Notes: a model not told the origin generated them from the sequence alone. A DNA stretch of 64,000 bases from Kordiimonadaceae bacterium (GCA_024236295.1 JACKKT010000006.1:146105-210104), one strand, 5' to 3'; shown: positions 1 to 10,733, numbered from the stretch's first letter. Made by a program: numbers and translations.

Positions 1-2156
1 AGTGCCTTTACCACCATCAATCTTCTTGTCATCGGCATCGACATAAAGCGTATCATTGCCAGCGCCGCCAGAAAGACTGTCCGCTCCTTCGCCACCAATT
101 AGCGTATCGTTACCGTCGCCACCAGAGAGTTGATCATTACCGTCACCGCCGTTGAGATAGTCGTTGCCGTCACCGCCCGTGAGATTATCGTCACCGCCGT
201 AACCATATTCATAAACGTTTTCAGTTGATCCCGAAGCATCAAACGTATCATCGCCGTCTCCGCCGTAAGCACGTTCAATACTAGATTCCGTCATATCAAC
301 CTTGACGCCGTCTTCGCCTTGAACACGAACACTATCAGTGCCTTTACCACCATCAATCTTCTTGTCATCGGCATCGACATAAAGCGTATCATTGCCAGCG
401 CCGCCAGAAAGACTGTCCGCTCCTTCGCCGCCAATCAGCGTATCGTTACCGTCGCCACCAGAGAGTTGATCATTACCGTCACCGCCGTTGAGATAGTCGT
501 TGCCGTCACCGCCCGTGAGATTATCGTCACCGCCGTAACCATATTCATAAACGTTTTCAGTTGATCCCGAAGCATCAAACGTATCATCGCCGTCTCCGCC
601 GTAAGCACGTTCAATACTAGATTCCGTCATATCAACCTTGACGCCGTCTTCGCCTTGAACACGAACACTATCAGTGCCTTTACCACCATCAATCTTCTTG
701 TCATCGGCATCGACATAAAGCGTATCATTGCCAGCGCCGCCAGAAAGACTGTCCGCTCCTTCGCCGCCAATCAGCGTATCGTTACCGTCGCCACCAGAGA
801 GTTGATCATTACCGTCACCGCCGTTGAGATAGTCGTTGCCGTCACCGCCCGTGAGATTATCGTCACCGCCGTAACCATATTCATAAACGTTTTCAGTTGA
901 TCCCGAAGCATCAAACGTATCATCGCCGTCTCCGCCGTAAGCACGTTCAATACTAGATTCCGTCATATCAACCTTGACGCCGTCTTCGCCTTGAACACGA
1001 ACACTATCAGTGCCTTTACCACCATCAATCTTCTTGTCATCGGCATCGACATAAAGCGTATCATTGCCAGCGCCGCCAGAAAGACTGTCCGCTCCTTCGC
1101 CGCCAATCAGCGTATCGTTACCGTCGCCACCAGAGAGTTGATCATTACCGTCACCGCCGTTGAGATAGTCGTTGCCGTCACCGCCCGTGAGATTATCGTC
1201 ACCGCCGTAACCATATTCATAAACGTTTTCAGTTGATCCCGAAGCATCAAACGTATCATCGCCGTCACCACCGTAAGCACGTTCAATACTAGATTCCGTC
1301 ATATCAACCTTGACGCCGTCTTCGCCTTGAACACGGACACTATCAGTGCCTTTACCACCATCAATCTTCTTGTCATCGGCATCGACATAAAGCGTGTCAT
1401 TACCAGCGCCGCCAGAAAGACTGTCCGCTCCTTCGCCGCCAATCAGCGTATCGTTACCGTCGCCACCAGAGAGTTGATCATTACTGTCACCGCCGTTGAG
1501 ATAGTCGTTGCCGTCACCGCCCGTGAGATTGTCGTCACCGCCGTAACCATATTCATAAACGTTTTCAGATGATCCCGAAGCATCAAACGTATCATCGCCG
1601 TCTCCGCCGTAAGCACGTTCAATACTAGATTCCGTCATATCAACCTTGACGCCGTCTTCGCCTTGAACACGAACACTATCAGTGCCTTTACCACCATCAA
1701 TCTTCTTGTCATCGGCATCGACATAAAGCGTATCATTGCCAGCGCCGCCAGAAAGACTGTCCGCTCCTTCGCCGCCAATCAGCGTATCGTTACCGTCGCC
1801 ACCAGAGAGTTGATCATTACCGTCACCGCCGTTGAGATAGTCGTTGCCGTCACCGCCCGTGAGATTATCGTCACCGCCGTAACCATATTCATAAACGTTT
1901 TCAGTTGATCCCGAAGCATCAAACGTATCATCGCCGTCACCACCGTAAGCACGTTCAATACTAGATTCCGTCATATCAACCTTGACGCCGTCTTCGCCTT
2001 GAACACGGACACTATCAGTGCCTTTACCACCATCAATCTTCTTGTCATCGGCATCGACATAAAGCGTGTCATTACCAGCGCCGCCAGAAAGACTGTCCGC
2101 TCCTTCGCCGCCAATCAGCGTATCGTTACCGTCGCCACCAGAGAGTTGATCATTAC
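1..2156 (-). repeat. 336-bp (112-codon) near-identical tandem repeat, about 6.4 copies visible, encoding RTX blocks
   Basis: The same sequence recurs at 319, 655, 991, 1327, 1663 and 1999 (period 336); copies differ by a few substitutions. Confidence 0.97.
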
Positions 2157-4563
2157 TCGCACCACCATTAAGATAGTCGTTGCCTCCGTTACCTATAATT
2201 TGATCATTCTCAGAAGTTCCTCTTAGAACATTGTTTGAATCATCTCCTTCGATAATATTTATGACATTATCATCATTGATTGTAATGTTCAGTGTCGAAG
2301 TCGAAGTCGCCCCGTCATCATCAACAATCGTTACCTCGAAACTATCTGATCCATTATAATCTGCATCCGGTGTATATTCATAAGATCCATCAGCCTTAAC
2401 GGTGATCGATCCGTGTTCAGTATCGAATGTACCTGTATTTTCAACTTCTATTTTGCCATCAACGTCACTGTCGTTCTTTAATACGTTACCGCTAATTACT
2501 GTGTCTTCCTCGCCACTTATTTTATCATCCGATGCTACAGGTCCATCATTGACATCAGAAACTGACAACTCAAGGGTCGAAGTCGAGGTCGCACCATCGT
2601 CATCAACAATCGTCACCTCGAAACTATCTGATCCATTATAATCTGCATCCGGTGTATATTCATAAGATCCATCAGCCTTAACGGTGATCGATCCGTGTTC
2701 AGTATCGAATGTACCTGTATTTTCAACTTCTATTTTGCCATCAACGTCACTGTCGTTCTTTAATACGTTGCCGCTAATCACTGAATCTTCATCGCCACTT
2801 GCTTTATCATCCGATGCTAGGGGACCGTCATTAACATCAGAAACTACTACATTAACTGATTCTGTTGCAGTCGCTATATCAGTTCCATCAACCGATTGAG
2901 CGGTTACTGTTAATTCAAAACTTCCAGAAAACTCTTCCGGAGCTGTAATCGTAAGACCACCTAGATCCTCCGGTGCCAAGCTCCATGTACCATCCCCGTT
3001 ATTAATACCTGCTGACAATTCAGCACCTTCAGGTACATCCGAGATTTGGATCGTGTGGGTTTCAGAACTATCGGTTACGGCAGATTGAATATTTAAAGAT
3101 ATTCCCGTGTCTTCCGCACCTGTTGCAATAGCACCAAGTTCAACATCACTTGTATCAAAGGACAATGTACCTGACCACGGCATCGTCTCGTAGCCATCAC
3201 TGCCTGGTTTATCGTAAAATGCGTCTTCAGCTTCAATCGTTACACCGCCTGAATAAGTTCCATCACCATTCGCTTCTCCACCGATATTAAGCTTATCAAC
3301 GATCAGGTTGCGGTCTTCGCCTGAAACACCATCACCATCTTTATCCCCGCGACCTTCCCATGCGTCATTTACGAACTTTACGTCGACGCTTGAAATATCG
3401 GTTCCCGAAGGAACTTCAACTCGAAAGTTTTCCCAACTTCCTCGTTCGGCTTCAACGGTAAAAGTTTTATGCCCGTTAACTTCGATAGCTTCACCATTTA
3501 CGAATACTTGGAATTGAGGAGAACCAGCTCCAACATCATCCCCATTTTTAGGGTCGTAATGATCACCTGATATTCTAATATTGATCGGTATATCACCACT
3601 ACTTTGAACGCTTAGTGTAGGAGCATCCGCTACGCCAGTAACATCTATATCAAAACTTTGAGCAATACTGTCACTTTCTCCGTCATTCACTGAATATTTA
3701 AAACTGCCATAATCTTCACCGCTGTCGTTTTCACTTGGAGTGAATGTTAGATTAGCGATATCTGTCGCAGATATTTCTGCACCTTCGGAGATCGGTGTTC
3801 CGTCTACTGTTAGAACACCATTAGTCGGCAATTCAGTAATAGTTATATGATCGAGAAGATCACCATCTGCATCCTCATATTGAAAATCAGAAACTGAGAA
3901 TCCATGCGATGAATCTTCGTCGATAGTAATCGAAGCGCCTGAAGTTGTTGGGGCAACATTATCAGGTTCTGGAGAAGCTCCAACGTCGCTGTCAGTGTTC
4001 TCATCGGTTTTTGTTTCTTCAACCGTACCTTCATCATCCTGCTCAGATGATTTCTCGCCCTCTTCATTATTTTCGGGCGCTTGAGAATTAGTGGTTTGTT
4101 CGTTTACAGTTTCCTGTTGAGGTTCATTATTCTCTTCCGAATTAGGCGAGGCATCCTGAGCGCTGGAAGAAAATTCATTCTTTTCATTACCAAATTCCAA
4201 TTCTTGGGTCGACCGTCCCGAAGATTGCCGCTCTTGATTTTGGCTTTGTCGCTCTGATGCTGAATTATTATGTAACGTTTGTTGGGAATCGGAAAGGCCT
4301 CCAAAGTCAGCTTTAGGACTTAAATCTCTATCTGTTTCTAAAGTATTAGAGTCAGAAGCTGCTGAATTGGAATCTTTTAGTTCTTCTGCGTTTGCGCTTT
4401 CAACAAAACTTTCGTCTTGTTCTTGTTCGGTTACAAAATAATTTGATAGATTACTATCTTTGTCGCCGTCTAGTTGAGGTTTTTCGTCCTCATAAACTTG
4501 AGGTTGTCGTTCTTTTTGAACGTGAACATCATTTGAATCGTCGAAAATTGTTTTCTTTGCCAT
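1..4563 (-). CDS. Giant RTX/T1SS-type calcium-binding adhesin, 3' end outside window (acidic N-terminus, cadherin/Ig-like domains, CBM60-like module, tandem RTX repeat blocks)
   Basis: ATG at 4563 (MAKKTIFDDSNDVHVQKERQPQ...). Absent from the ORF track, most likely because no stop lies inside the window. Segments translated by hand give GGxGxDxLx nonapeptides (LNGGDGNDQLSGGDGNDTLIGGEGADSLSGGAGNDTLY), Ig-like YTPDADYNGSDSFEVTIVDDDGAT and a VKFVNDAW...EDRNLIVDKLNI...IEAED module. Confidence 0.9.
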   Translation of the reverse strand, partial: MAKKTIFDDSNDVHVQKERQPQVYEDEKPQLDGDKDSNLSNYFVTEQEQDESFVESANAEELKDSNSAASDSNTLETDRDLSPKADFGGLSDSQQTLHNNSASERQSQNQERQSSGRSTQELEFGNEKNEFSSSAQDASPNSEENNEPQQETVNEQTTNSQAPENNEEGEKSSEQDDEGTVEETKTDENTDSDVGASPEPDNVAPTTSGASITIDEDSSHGFSVSDFQYEDADGDLLDHITITELPTNGVLTVDGTPISEGAEISATDIANLTFTPSENDSGEDYGSFKYSVNDGESDSIAQSFDIDVTGVADAPTLSVQSSGDIPINIRISGDHYDPKNGDDVGAGSPQFQVFVNGEAIEVNGHKTFTVEAERGSWENFRVEVPSGTDISSVDVKFVNDAWEGRGDKDGDGVSGEDRNLIVDKLNIGGEANGDGTYSGGVTIEAEDAFYDKPGSDGYETMPWSGTLSFDTSDVELGAIATGAEDTGISLNIQSAVTDSSETHTIQISDVPEGAELSAGINNGDGTWSLAPEDLGGLTITAPEEFSGSFELTVTAQSVDGTDIATATESVNVVVSDVNDGPLASDDKASGDEDSVISGNVLKNDSDVDGKIEVENTGTFDTEHGSITVKADGSYEYTPDADYNGSDSFEVTIVDDDGATSTSTLELSVSDVNDGPVASDDKISGEEDTVISGNVLKNDSDVDGKIEVENTGTFDTEHGSITVKADGSYEYTPDADYNGSDSFEVTIVDDDGATSTSTLNITINDDNVINIIEGDDSNNVLRGTSENDQIIGNGGNDYLNGGASNDQLSGGDGNDTLIGGEGADSLSGGAGNDTLYVDADDKKIDGGKGTDSVRVQGEDGVKVDMTESSIERAYGGDGDDTFDASGSTENVYEYGYGGDDNLTGGDGNDYLNGGDGNDQLSGGDGNDTLIGGEGADSLSGGAGNDTLYVDADDKKIDGGKGTDSVRVQGEDGVKVDMTESSIERAYGGDGDDTFDASGSSENVYEYGYGGDDNLTGGDGNDYLNGGDSNDQLSGGDGNDTLIGGEGADSLSGGAGNDTLYVDADDKKIDGGKGTDSVRVQGEDGVKVDMTESSIERAYGGDGDDTFDASGSTENVYEYGYGGDDNLTGGDGNDYLNGGDGNDQLSGGDGNDTLIGGEGADSLSGGAGNDTLYVDADDKKIDGGKGTDSVRVQGEDGVKVDMTESSIERAYGGDGDDTFDASGSTENVYEYGYGGDDNLTGGDGNDYLNGGDGNDQLSGGDGNDTLIGGEGADSLSGGAGNDTLYVDADDKKIDGGKGTDSVRVQGEDGVKVDMTESSIERAYGGDGDDTFDASGSTENVYEYGYGGDDNLTGGDGNDYLNGGDGNDQLSGGDGNDTLIGGEGADSLSGGAGNDTLYVDADDKKIDGGKGTDSVRVQGEDGVKVDMTESSIERAYGGDGDDTFDASGSTENVYEYGYGGDDNLTGGDGNDYLNGGDGNDQLSGGDGNDTLIGGEGADSLSGGAGNDTLYVDADDKKIDGGKGT
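2295..2846 (-). repeat. 282-bp (94-codon) tandem duplication encoding two cadherin/Big_9-like domains (boundaries approximate)
   Basis: GTGATCGATCCGTGTTCAGTATCGAATGTACC at 2402 and 2684 (offset 282). Confidence 0.9.
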
Positions 4564-4686
4564 ATTAAATTTGCCCAAACGTTTTAATATTACCCCCGTA
4601 TACGAATACCTGTGGAAGGTAAATTTTTGATTGAGAAATATGGTTAATTAGAAAATTTAATTACCTCGAGAGCAAAATATATTGAC

Positions 4687-4712
4687 TGTCCGCTTTGGGT
4701 CGGAAGCAGTCA
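4687..4712 (+). repeat. 26-bp palindromic site S1
   Basis: TGTCCGCTTT-GGGTCG-GAAGCAGTCA. Confidence 0.9.
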
Positions 4713-4721
4713 TATGATGAG

Positions 4722-4747
4722 TGGCTGCAAACGACCCAAAGCAGACA
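4722..4747 (-). repeat. 26-bp palindromic site S2
   Basis: Reverse complement reads TGTCTGCTTT-GGGTCG-TTTGCAGCCA; 9 bp from S1, inverted. Confidence 0.9.
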
Positions 4748-4831
4748 GTCAAATATAGTATTGGATAAGACTTTGCAAACAGGCATAAGACTGTCATTAT
4801 CTATAGCAGATATAGATAAGTTAAAATTGGG

Positions 4832-6979
4832 GTGTATGTGCGAATAATTTCTGTAATTTTTATTTTTATTTACTCTTTCACATTTTCTGCTTTTGCCCAA
4901 ATGCCGAAGCAGGACATCTTGAAATATTTGGACGCTGGTGAAATTGACAAAGCTCATCAGGTATTTATGTCCTATGCCCCGCCATATAAGAATATTGGCA
5001 GATCATATATAGCAATGGCAAAATATTTGGGTAAGTCATATCGGCCTTCCCTTTTGAAGATTGCTTATGAGAAAAACCCGAATGACTGGCATACAATTAT
5101 TGAATATGCCAATGCTCTTTTGGAAACTGATGTAGTAGAAAGTGATAAGCTTTTTTACAAAGCGATAGAGAACGGACTTTTGCCTGTTGATTGTCCCCCT
5201 CAATTTATAGGTGAAATTTCTTTTTGCGGCTCAAAATATGAAGCATATAGGTTGAACCGCTGGCACTACAAACAAAATATCGATGCGCAAATAAATTTCT
5301 TCAAACGAAATCTTGAGATTTTTCCTGATAATTTGAAATTGCAGTATGAACTTGCTCAGTTGTTATATAAAAAAGGGGATTTTGATGAAGCCTTAAAAGT
5401 GGCTGCAAATGTCTCAGCAAAGTCTGACAATGGTTATGAAGCGCAGTATTTATATCTTAGTTACTTATATAATCTTGGATATACAGATAAATTATTTGCT
5501 GAACTCCCACGCATATTAAAAATTAAAAATCAAGAGTTCCACCGGCTGAACGGTGGAGCACTTAGTAACTTTATTTTGTTTTCTGAGGAAAAAGAGGAAA
5601 CTCAAAAACTTCTTCTCAAAATAACTGAAACCTTTCCCACGAACCCTTATGTTCAGATGTCATATGGAATGTTTATGGAATATAAGGGAAAGTTAAATGA
5701 GGCAGAAAAATATTATCGAAAGTCTGTCCCGCTTATGGATACGTTTGATGATTTGAGAGCTGATTTTCTGGATAATTCAAGGTTTTCTCAGGGCTTAAAA
5801 ATGACCCCTGAGCTTCGAAAAATTTGGATAGGAAAAAGCAGAAAGGTGTTGAACCGATACATTGATGAAATGATAGGATCAATTATCTATAACCCTTATT
5901 CACTGGTGCGACTGGATAATCATTTTGAAGGTTTGTCAGATACCCACATTCAGAAATTATATGATAAGGAAAGAAACAAACCCGACGTAAAGCCGGTATT
6001 ATTCCATGTCTTTGCAGATTATTTTGAGAGAAATAACGTTGAAGTAGCATTAAAGATAATTAAAGAAGGCATTGAAAAATTTCCAAAGGAAAGATGGCTA
6101 TACGTTAGCTACATTCAAATTGCTGATATACTGACTGCCTCACAAAGAAAATTGTATGGTATTAATATTACCGAATTAAAAGAAAACTTTTTTCATTATC
6201 CACCATCAAAAAGTGACTGGTTACCATTTAATTTTGAAAAAAATATTACTGATGAAGAGTTGGAATTTTGGTACAAAATGCGATTGTCTGAATATTCAAA
6301 CAATTTCTATGCATATCTTTATTATTCAAATTTTCTAAAGAAAAAAGGAAGGCTGGATGAAGCAAATAACATACTTGACGAAGGTGAGGTTGTATTAAGG
6401 AAGCATTTAAAAAACCACCCCACTGACGCTGACATGGTTGAAAACTTTGCCTTTCTGCTACGTGATAAAGGTAAAATTAATGAGGCTACCCATCAATTTA
6501 AAAAATTATCAAAAATGGAAAATGGTAGAGCGGACGAAGTCTTACTCAGAAAAGTTTATTATACCGATCAACTGGTCTTGGTTAAAGACTGGAAGGGAAT
6601 GATTAAAGCCTTCTTTGAATATTTACAGTTGTTTAAACAGACACAGAAACCCTGGGATGTTTATTATGGTCGAATAAAAGGCAGAGTTGAAGAAGCACTT
6701 ATTTTTAACAATGAAGTTTCGGGTATTGATCAGCTAATAATGGATGAAATTAAAAAATATCCGAATTTATCTCAGCCTTATGAAGACTATGGGGTTTATT
6801 TTTTGAAAAAAGGTAAAACTGAGTATGCCAGGGAAATGTTTAATAAAGCATATGACGATGATTATAGATTACTCGAATATTTAAGAGATATGTATTTTAA
6901 GGAATTGGATGAGGGAAATGTTGAAAATGTTCAAACTCTAAAATCTGTTATCCAAAAAATAATTGAGATGAAATTATAA
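4832..6979 (+). CDS. Secreted tetratricopeptide-repeat protein
   Basis: 715-aa ORF, signal peptide (FTFSAFA|Q), TPR-like helices (LQYELAQLLYKKGDFDEALK; YGMFMEYKGKLNEAEKYYRK); AT-rich; start may be GTG at 4838. Confidence 0.8.
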   Translation: MYVRIISVIFIFIYSFTFSAFAQMPKQDILKYLDAGEIDKAHQVFMSYAPPYKNIGRSYIAMAKYLGKSYRPSLLKIAYEKNPNDWHTIIEYANALLETDVVESDKLFYKAIENGLLPVDCPPQFIGEISFCGSKYEAYRLNRWHYKQNIDAQINFFKRNLEIFPDNLKLQYELAQLLYKKGDFDEALKVAANVSAKSDNGYEAQYLYLSYLYNLGYTDKLFAELPRILKIKNQEFHRLNGGALSNFILFSEEKEETQKLLLKITETFPTNPYVQMSYGMFMEYKGKLNEAEKYYRKSVPLMDTFDDLRADFLDNSRFSQGLKMTPELRKIWIGKSRKVLNRYIDEMIGSIIYNPYSLVRLDNHFEGLSDTHIQKLYDKERNKPDVKPVLFHVFADYFERNNVEVALKIIKEGIEKFPKERWLYVSYIQIADILTASQRKLYGINITELKENFFHYPPSKSDWLPFNFEKNITDEELEFWYKMRLSEYSNNFYAYLYYSNFLKKKGRLDEANNILDEGEVVLRKHLKNHPTDADMVENFAFLLRDKGKINEATHQFKKLSKMENGRADEVLLRKVYYTDQLVLVKDWKGMIKAFFEYLQLFKQTQKPWDVYYGRIKGRVEEALIFNNEVSGIDQLIMDEIKKYPNLSQPYEDYGVYFLKKGKTEYAREMFNKAYDDDYRLLEYLRDMYFKELDEGNVENVQTLKSVIQKIIEMKL

Positions 6980-7048
6980 ATGCTTTAAATTTCTCCATTC
7001 AAAAAACTAAAAATATAAATTTTTGATCATTTTTGACCATTCTCTATA

Positions 7049-7074
7049 TGTCTGCTTCCGACCCAAAGCAGACA
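7049..7074 (-). repeat. 26-bp palindromic site S3
   Basis: Reverse complement reads TGTCTGCTTT-GGGTCG-GAAGCAGACA. Confidence 0.9.
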
Positions 7075-7310
7075 GTTGCAAAACGCCAATTTGATCACAT
7101 ATATCAATTTTATAACAAATAACCTAAGTCTGGCTTTTCTCCTATTAAGGACTAAATGTCTGGGTTTATGAATCCAAGTACAGAATTTAATTTTAGGATT
7201 TATAATTTTTTAATCAAAAAAATATAATGTGTTTTCAGAAATTATATAAAAAAAATATTTTCATTAATAAGCAGATGAAAATAAGGGGTTTGTAGGAAAG
7301 TATTTTTGGA

Positions 7311-10300
7311 ATGTTAAGAAGTCTGGTTTTTGTTTTTTTAATTTTTTTCTCAATTTTAAATGCTTTTGCACAAAGTGATCTTAATTCAGTTTCCCTGACC
7401 GATGAGGAAAGGGACTGGATTTCCCGTCATCCGAGCGTGACGGCCTCCAGCAATACAGGGTATGCTCCGATTGATTTTATGAGCGCGGGCAACCCGGCCG
7501 GCTTATCCATTGATTATGTGAAGCTTCTGGCAAGCAAGGTCGGATTGAATGTCGAATTCGTGAATTATGGAACATGGTCCAAGATGCTTGAAATGGCAAA
7601 AGCCAATCAGCTGGATATTGTCCATACCCTTTCAAAAAACGGGGATCGGGAAAAATATTTCATTTTTTCCGACCCATATGTGAGAATTCCCGTCGCCCTT
7701 TACGGCAGAAAAGGATCACAAAGAATTAAGAATGTTAATGATCTTAAGAATAAAAAAATCGGAGTCATTAAAAACCATATTGTCACCGCCACTTATGAGA
7801 CCAAACTTCCTGATTTAGAGTATATTGTTTTTGACAATAATACCGAGGCGTTAAAAGCACTGAGCGACGGTGAAATTGACATTTACCCCGGTGACGTTAC
7901 AGCCATTGAATCCAACATCAGTCAAAATAATATCCAAGGACTGGAAATTGTCGGTGACGATCCTATCATCGGTAAAGAGGGAATAGACCAAAGAATTGCC
8001 GTTTCCAGGGAAAATCCCAAATTAATGTCAATTTTAAAAAAGGCCATGGCCGGCGTATCAGACGAAGAATATAAGGCTATTTCCAATAAATGGTTAGGCA
8101 ACATGCCGATCCAAAATGATATAAGGCTTACCGAAGAGGAACGAGACTGGATCACATCGCACCCCGTTATCACGGCAACCAATGAAACGGATTATGCGCC
8201 CTTTGACTTTGTTGAAGAGGGCGTAGCGACCGGTTATTCAATTGATTATTTAAACCTTATTGCCAACAAACTTGGCCTTAAAATCAATTTTATTACAGGG
8301 AACAGCTGGGCCGAACAGATAGATCAGGCGAAATCACAGGAAATAGATATTGTCCACTCCATCAGGAAAACGGCGGACAGGGAAAAATATTTAAATTTCA
8401 CATCATCTTATATTTCTATCCCAACGGTTTATTACGGGAAAACAGGGGCCGCCCCAATAACAAATCTGAATGATCTTAAAGGTAAAAAGATTGGGGCCAT
8501 AGAAGGCTGGAATTCTACCGAAATCTATAAAAAAAATTACCCGCAGCTTGACCTTGTATATTTTAATTCAGTCCGAGAAGCACTTGTGGGACTATCGATC
8601 GGTAAAATAGACGTATTTTCTAATAATCTTTTTGTCACAGATTATCTGATCCACAAGCATTTTATTCCTCACATTGAGGTTATCGGCAATGAGTTTCTGC
8701 CGGAGATCGGGCAAGAAACATTTTTGCATATTGGTACACGTAAAGACTGGCCGATATTAAGAAATATATTGCAAAAAGCCATAGATGACGTAACACCGGA
8801 AGATGTATCGGAAATCAGCACAAAATGGTCCACGATTTCCAGTGAAAAAGACACTTTAATGCTCAGCCGAGAGGAAAAGGAATGGCTTGCTAAAAACAAT
8901 TCCATAAAAGTGGCTGCCATTGATAATATAATGCCGTATGAAATAATTGATCATCAGGACAATGTGTCAGGCCTTGTTGCAGATTATATGCAGCTGATTT
9001 CAGAAAAATTAAATCTTCATCTTGAATGGATAAAGAATGAAACATTCTCTGATGCGCTAAATAAGACCAAGGCGGATGAAATTCAGTTAATACCCATCAT
9101 TACGCCTACCGAACAACGAAAATCCGAATTGCTGTTGACCGATAGTTATGCATCAGGGGTTCATATGATTTTTGCCCGCAACGATGCCAATCTCGTTAGC
9201 AATATTGACGAACTTGCAAATAAACGGTTTATTCAGATCAGAGGGTACGGCATCAATGAATGGCTCAACAAAAAATTTCCTAACATCATAAAAACCGAAG
9301 TAGAATCTGTCGCAGAGGCCCTGAAAAAAATATCTTCCGGAGAAGCGGATATCCTAGTTGATGATATAATAACTACTTCTTACTATATTGAGAAAAATGG
9401 CTACACAAATATCAAGATTATTGGAGCAACGGATTATATAGCGGCTGCCGCAATGGGAATTAACAAAAAATACCCGCTTTTGGCCAGTTCAATTCAGAAA
9501 GCCCTTTCCAGTATAACCCAGCTGGAAAAAGCAGAAATATCCAATAAATGGCATGTTATTAAATCTGAAACGGTAGTGGATTATACCGTTTTATTTAAAT
9601 ATTTAGGCGTCGCGCTTTTGATTATTGTGTTTATTTTATATTGGAATCAGAAACTTAGATCTGAAATTCACAAAAATACGATATTGCAAAATCAGTTACA
9701 GGAAGAAAAGGAAAATGTGACTGAGGCATTGAAAAAAGTGAATGAGCAATATTTGGAGTTAGAATATCAGGCGAGCACGATCGAGGAATCTGCTGTAAAA
9801 AATATTGAGTTGCTTGAAGATTTGGCAATAGCCGAGGATACGGTTCAACAAAAAAATAAATTCCTTAAGGATATTATGGACAATACAGGCCACGGGATTG
9901 CGGTGTTTGACAAATTTCTCAGACTGGCCGCCTGGAATAATACATTCCAGGAATTATTGGGTCTTAACAACTGTGAATATAAAGAAGAAATGCCATTAAA
10001 AGAATTTTTTGAAATGAATCTGAAAAACGGCAGTAAATACGATCTAAATATTGATGAATATATTGAACAGTTAAAACTCAGGATTAAAAATAGAGAAGAG
10101 TGCAATGAGTTTACTTGGGATCGAACCCATAATAATAAAATCATAAACACTTCTCAAAGAATAATGGATGATGGTTCTGTAATAAATACATACAGAGATG
10201 TTACGGCAGAGAGAAATGAAGAAAGAATAATTCAGGAAATGGCCATGCAGGATAGTCTTACTGGCCTAGCCAACCGACGAGCATTTGATGCCCATATGGA

Positions 10301-10733
10301 AAAAAGGACGAACAACTTCAATGCAAATAAAAATCCGTTCATCCTTGTTTATATGGATTTGGATAATTTTAAATCAGTGAATGATACACAGGGACATAAT
10401 GCGGGAGATGCAGTATTGAGTAAAGTCAGCCAGATTATGAAAGAACATGTTAGGGACAATGATAAGTTATTCAGATTTGGTGGTGACGAGTTTGCGATTA
10501 TTATGAACGAAACAGACAACAAACAAATAGCCGAGGAAAGATTAAAAGCTATAATTTCAGAAGTAAAAAAAATTAAGAAACTTGAATCTTATGAAATAAA
10601 TGTAGGCGCCAGTGCAGGTATGGCATGTTTTCCTTCTGATACTTCGGATAAAATTAATCTTATGGAACTGGCTGATAGCGCACTATATAAGGCCAAAGAA
10701 AACGGTAAAGGTCAGGTTTTCTTTCATATATAA
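7311..10733 (+). CDS. Membrane diguanylate cyclase with three periplasmic solute-binding (BvgS/EvgS-like) domains, PAS-like domain and GGDEF
   Basis: Signal peptide, three LT/SxEEx(D/E)W repeats with YAP/MPY motifs, TM helix, DSLTGLANRRAF, DLDNFKSVNDTQGHNAGD, RFGGDEF. Confidence 0.92.
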   Translation: MLRSLVFVFLIFFSILNAFAQSDLNSVSLTDEERDWISRHPSVTASSNTGYAPIDFMSAGNPAGLSIDYVKLLASKVGLNVEFVNYGTWSKMLEMAKANQLDIVHTLSKNGDREKYFIFSDPYVRIPVALYGRKGSQRIKNVNDLKNKKIGVIKNHIVTATYETKLPDLEYIVFDNNTEALKALSDGEIDIYPGDVTAIESNISQNNIQGLEIVGDDPIIGKEGIDQRIAVSRENPKLMSILKKAMAGVSDEEYKAISNKWLGNMPIQNDIRLTEEERDWITSHPVITATNETDYAPFDFVEEGVATGYSIDYLNLIANKLGLKINFITGNSWAEQIDQAKSQEIDIVHSIRKTADREKYLNFTSSYISIPTVYYGKTGAAPITNLNDLKGKKIGAIEGWNSTEIYKKNYPQLDLVYFNSVREALVGLSIGKIDVFSNNLFVTDYLIHKHFIPHIEVIGNEFLPEIGQETFLHIGTRKDWPILRNILQKAIDDVTPEDVSEISTKWSTISSEKDTLMLSREEKEWLAKNNSIKVAAIDNIMPYEIIDHQDNVSGLVADYMQLISEKLNLHLEWIKNETFSDALNKTKADEIQLIPIITPTEQRKSELLLTDSYASGVHMIFARNDANLVSNIDELANKRFIQIRGYGINEWLNKKFPNIIKTEVESVAEALKKISSGEADILVDDIITTSYYIEKNGYTNIKIIGATDYIAAAAMGINKKYPLLASSIQKALSSITQLEKAEISNKWHVIKSETVVDYTVLFKYLGVALLIIVFILYWNQKLRSEIHKNTILQNQLQEEKENVTEALKKVNEQYLELEYQASTIEESAVKNIELLEDLAIAEDTVQQKNKFLKDIMDNTGHGIAVFDKFLRLAAWNNTFQELLGLNNCEYKEEMPLKEFFEMNLKNGSKYDLNIDEYIEQLKLRIKNREECNEFTWDRTHNNKIINTSQRIMDDGSVINTYRDVTAERNEERIIQEMAMQDSLTGLANRRAFDAHMEKRTNNFNANKNPFILVYMDLDNFKSVNDTQGHNAGDAVLSKVSQIMKEHVRDNDKLFRFGGDEFAIIMNETDNKQIAEERLKAIISEVKKIKKLESYEINVGASAGMACFPSDTSDKINLMELADSALYKAKENGKGQVFFHI

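Noticed and set aside
319-2899. Repeated 71-81 aa + strand ORFs (MNTNTISAF..., MIDPCSV...)
   Set aside because: Antisense shadows of the minus-strand RTX gene's repeats.
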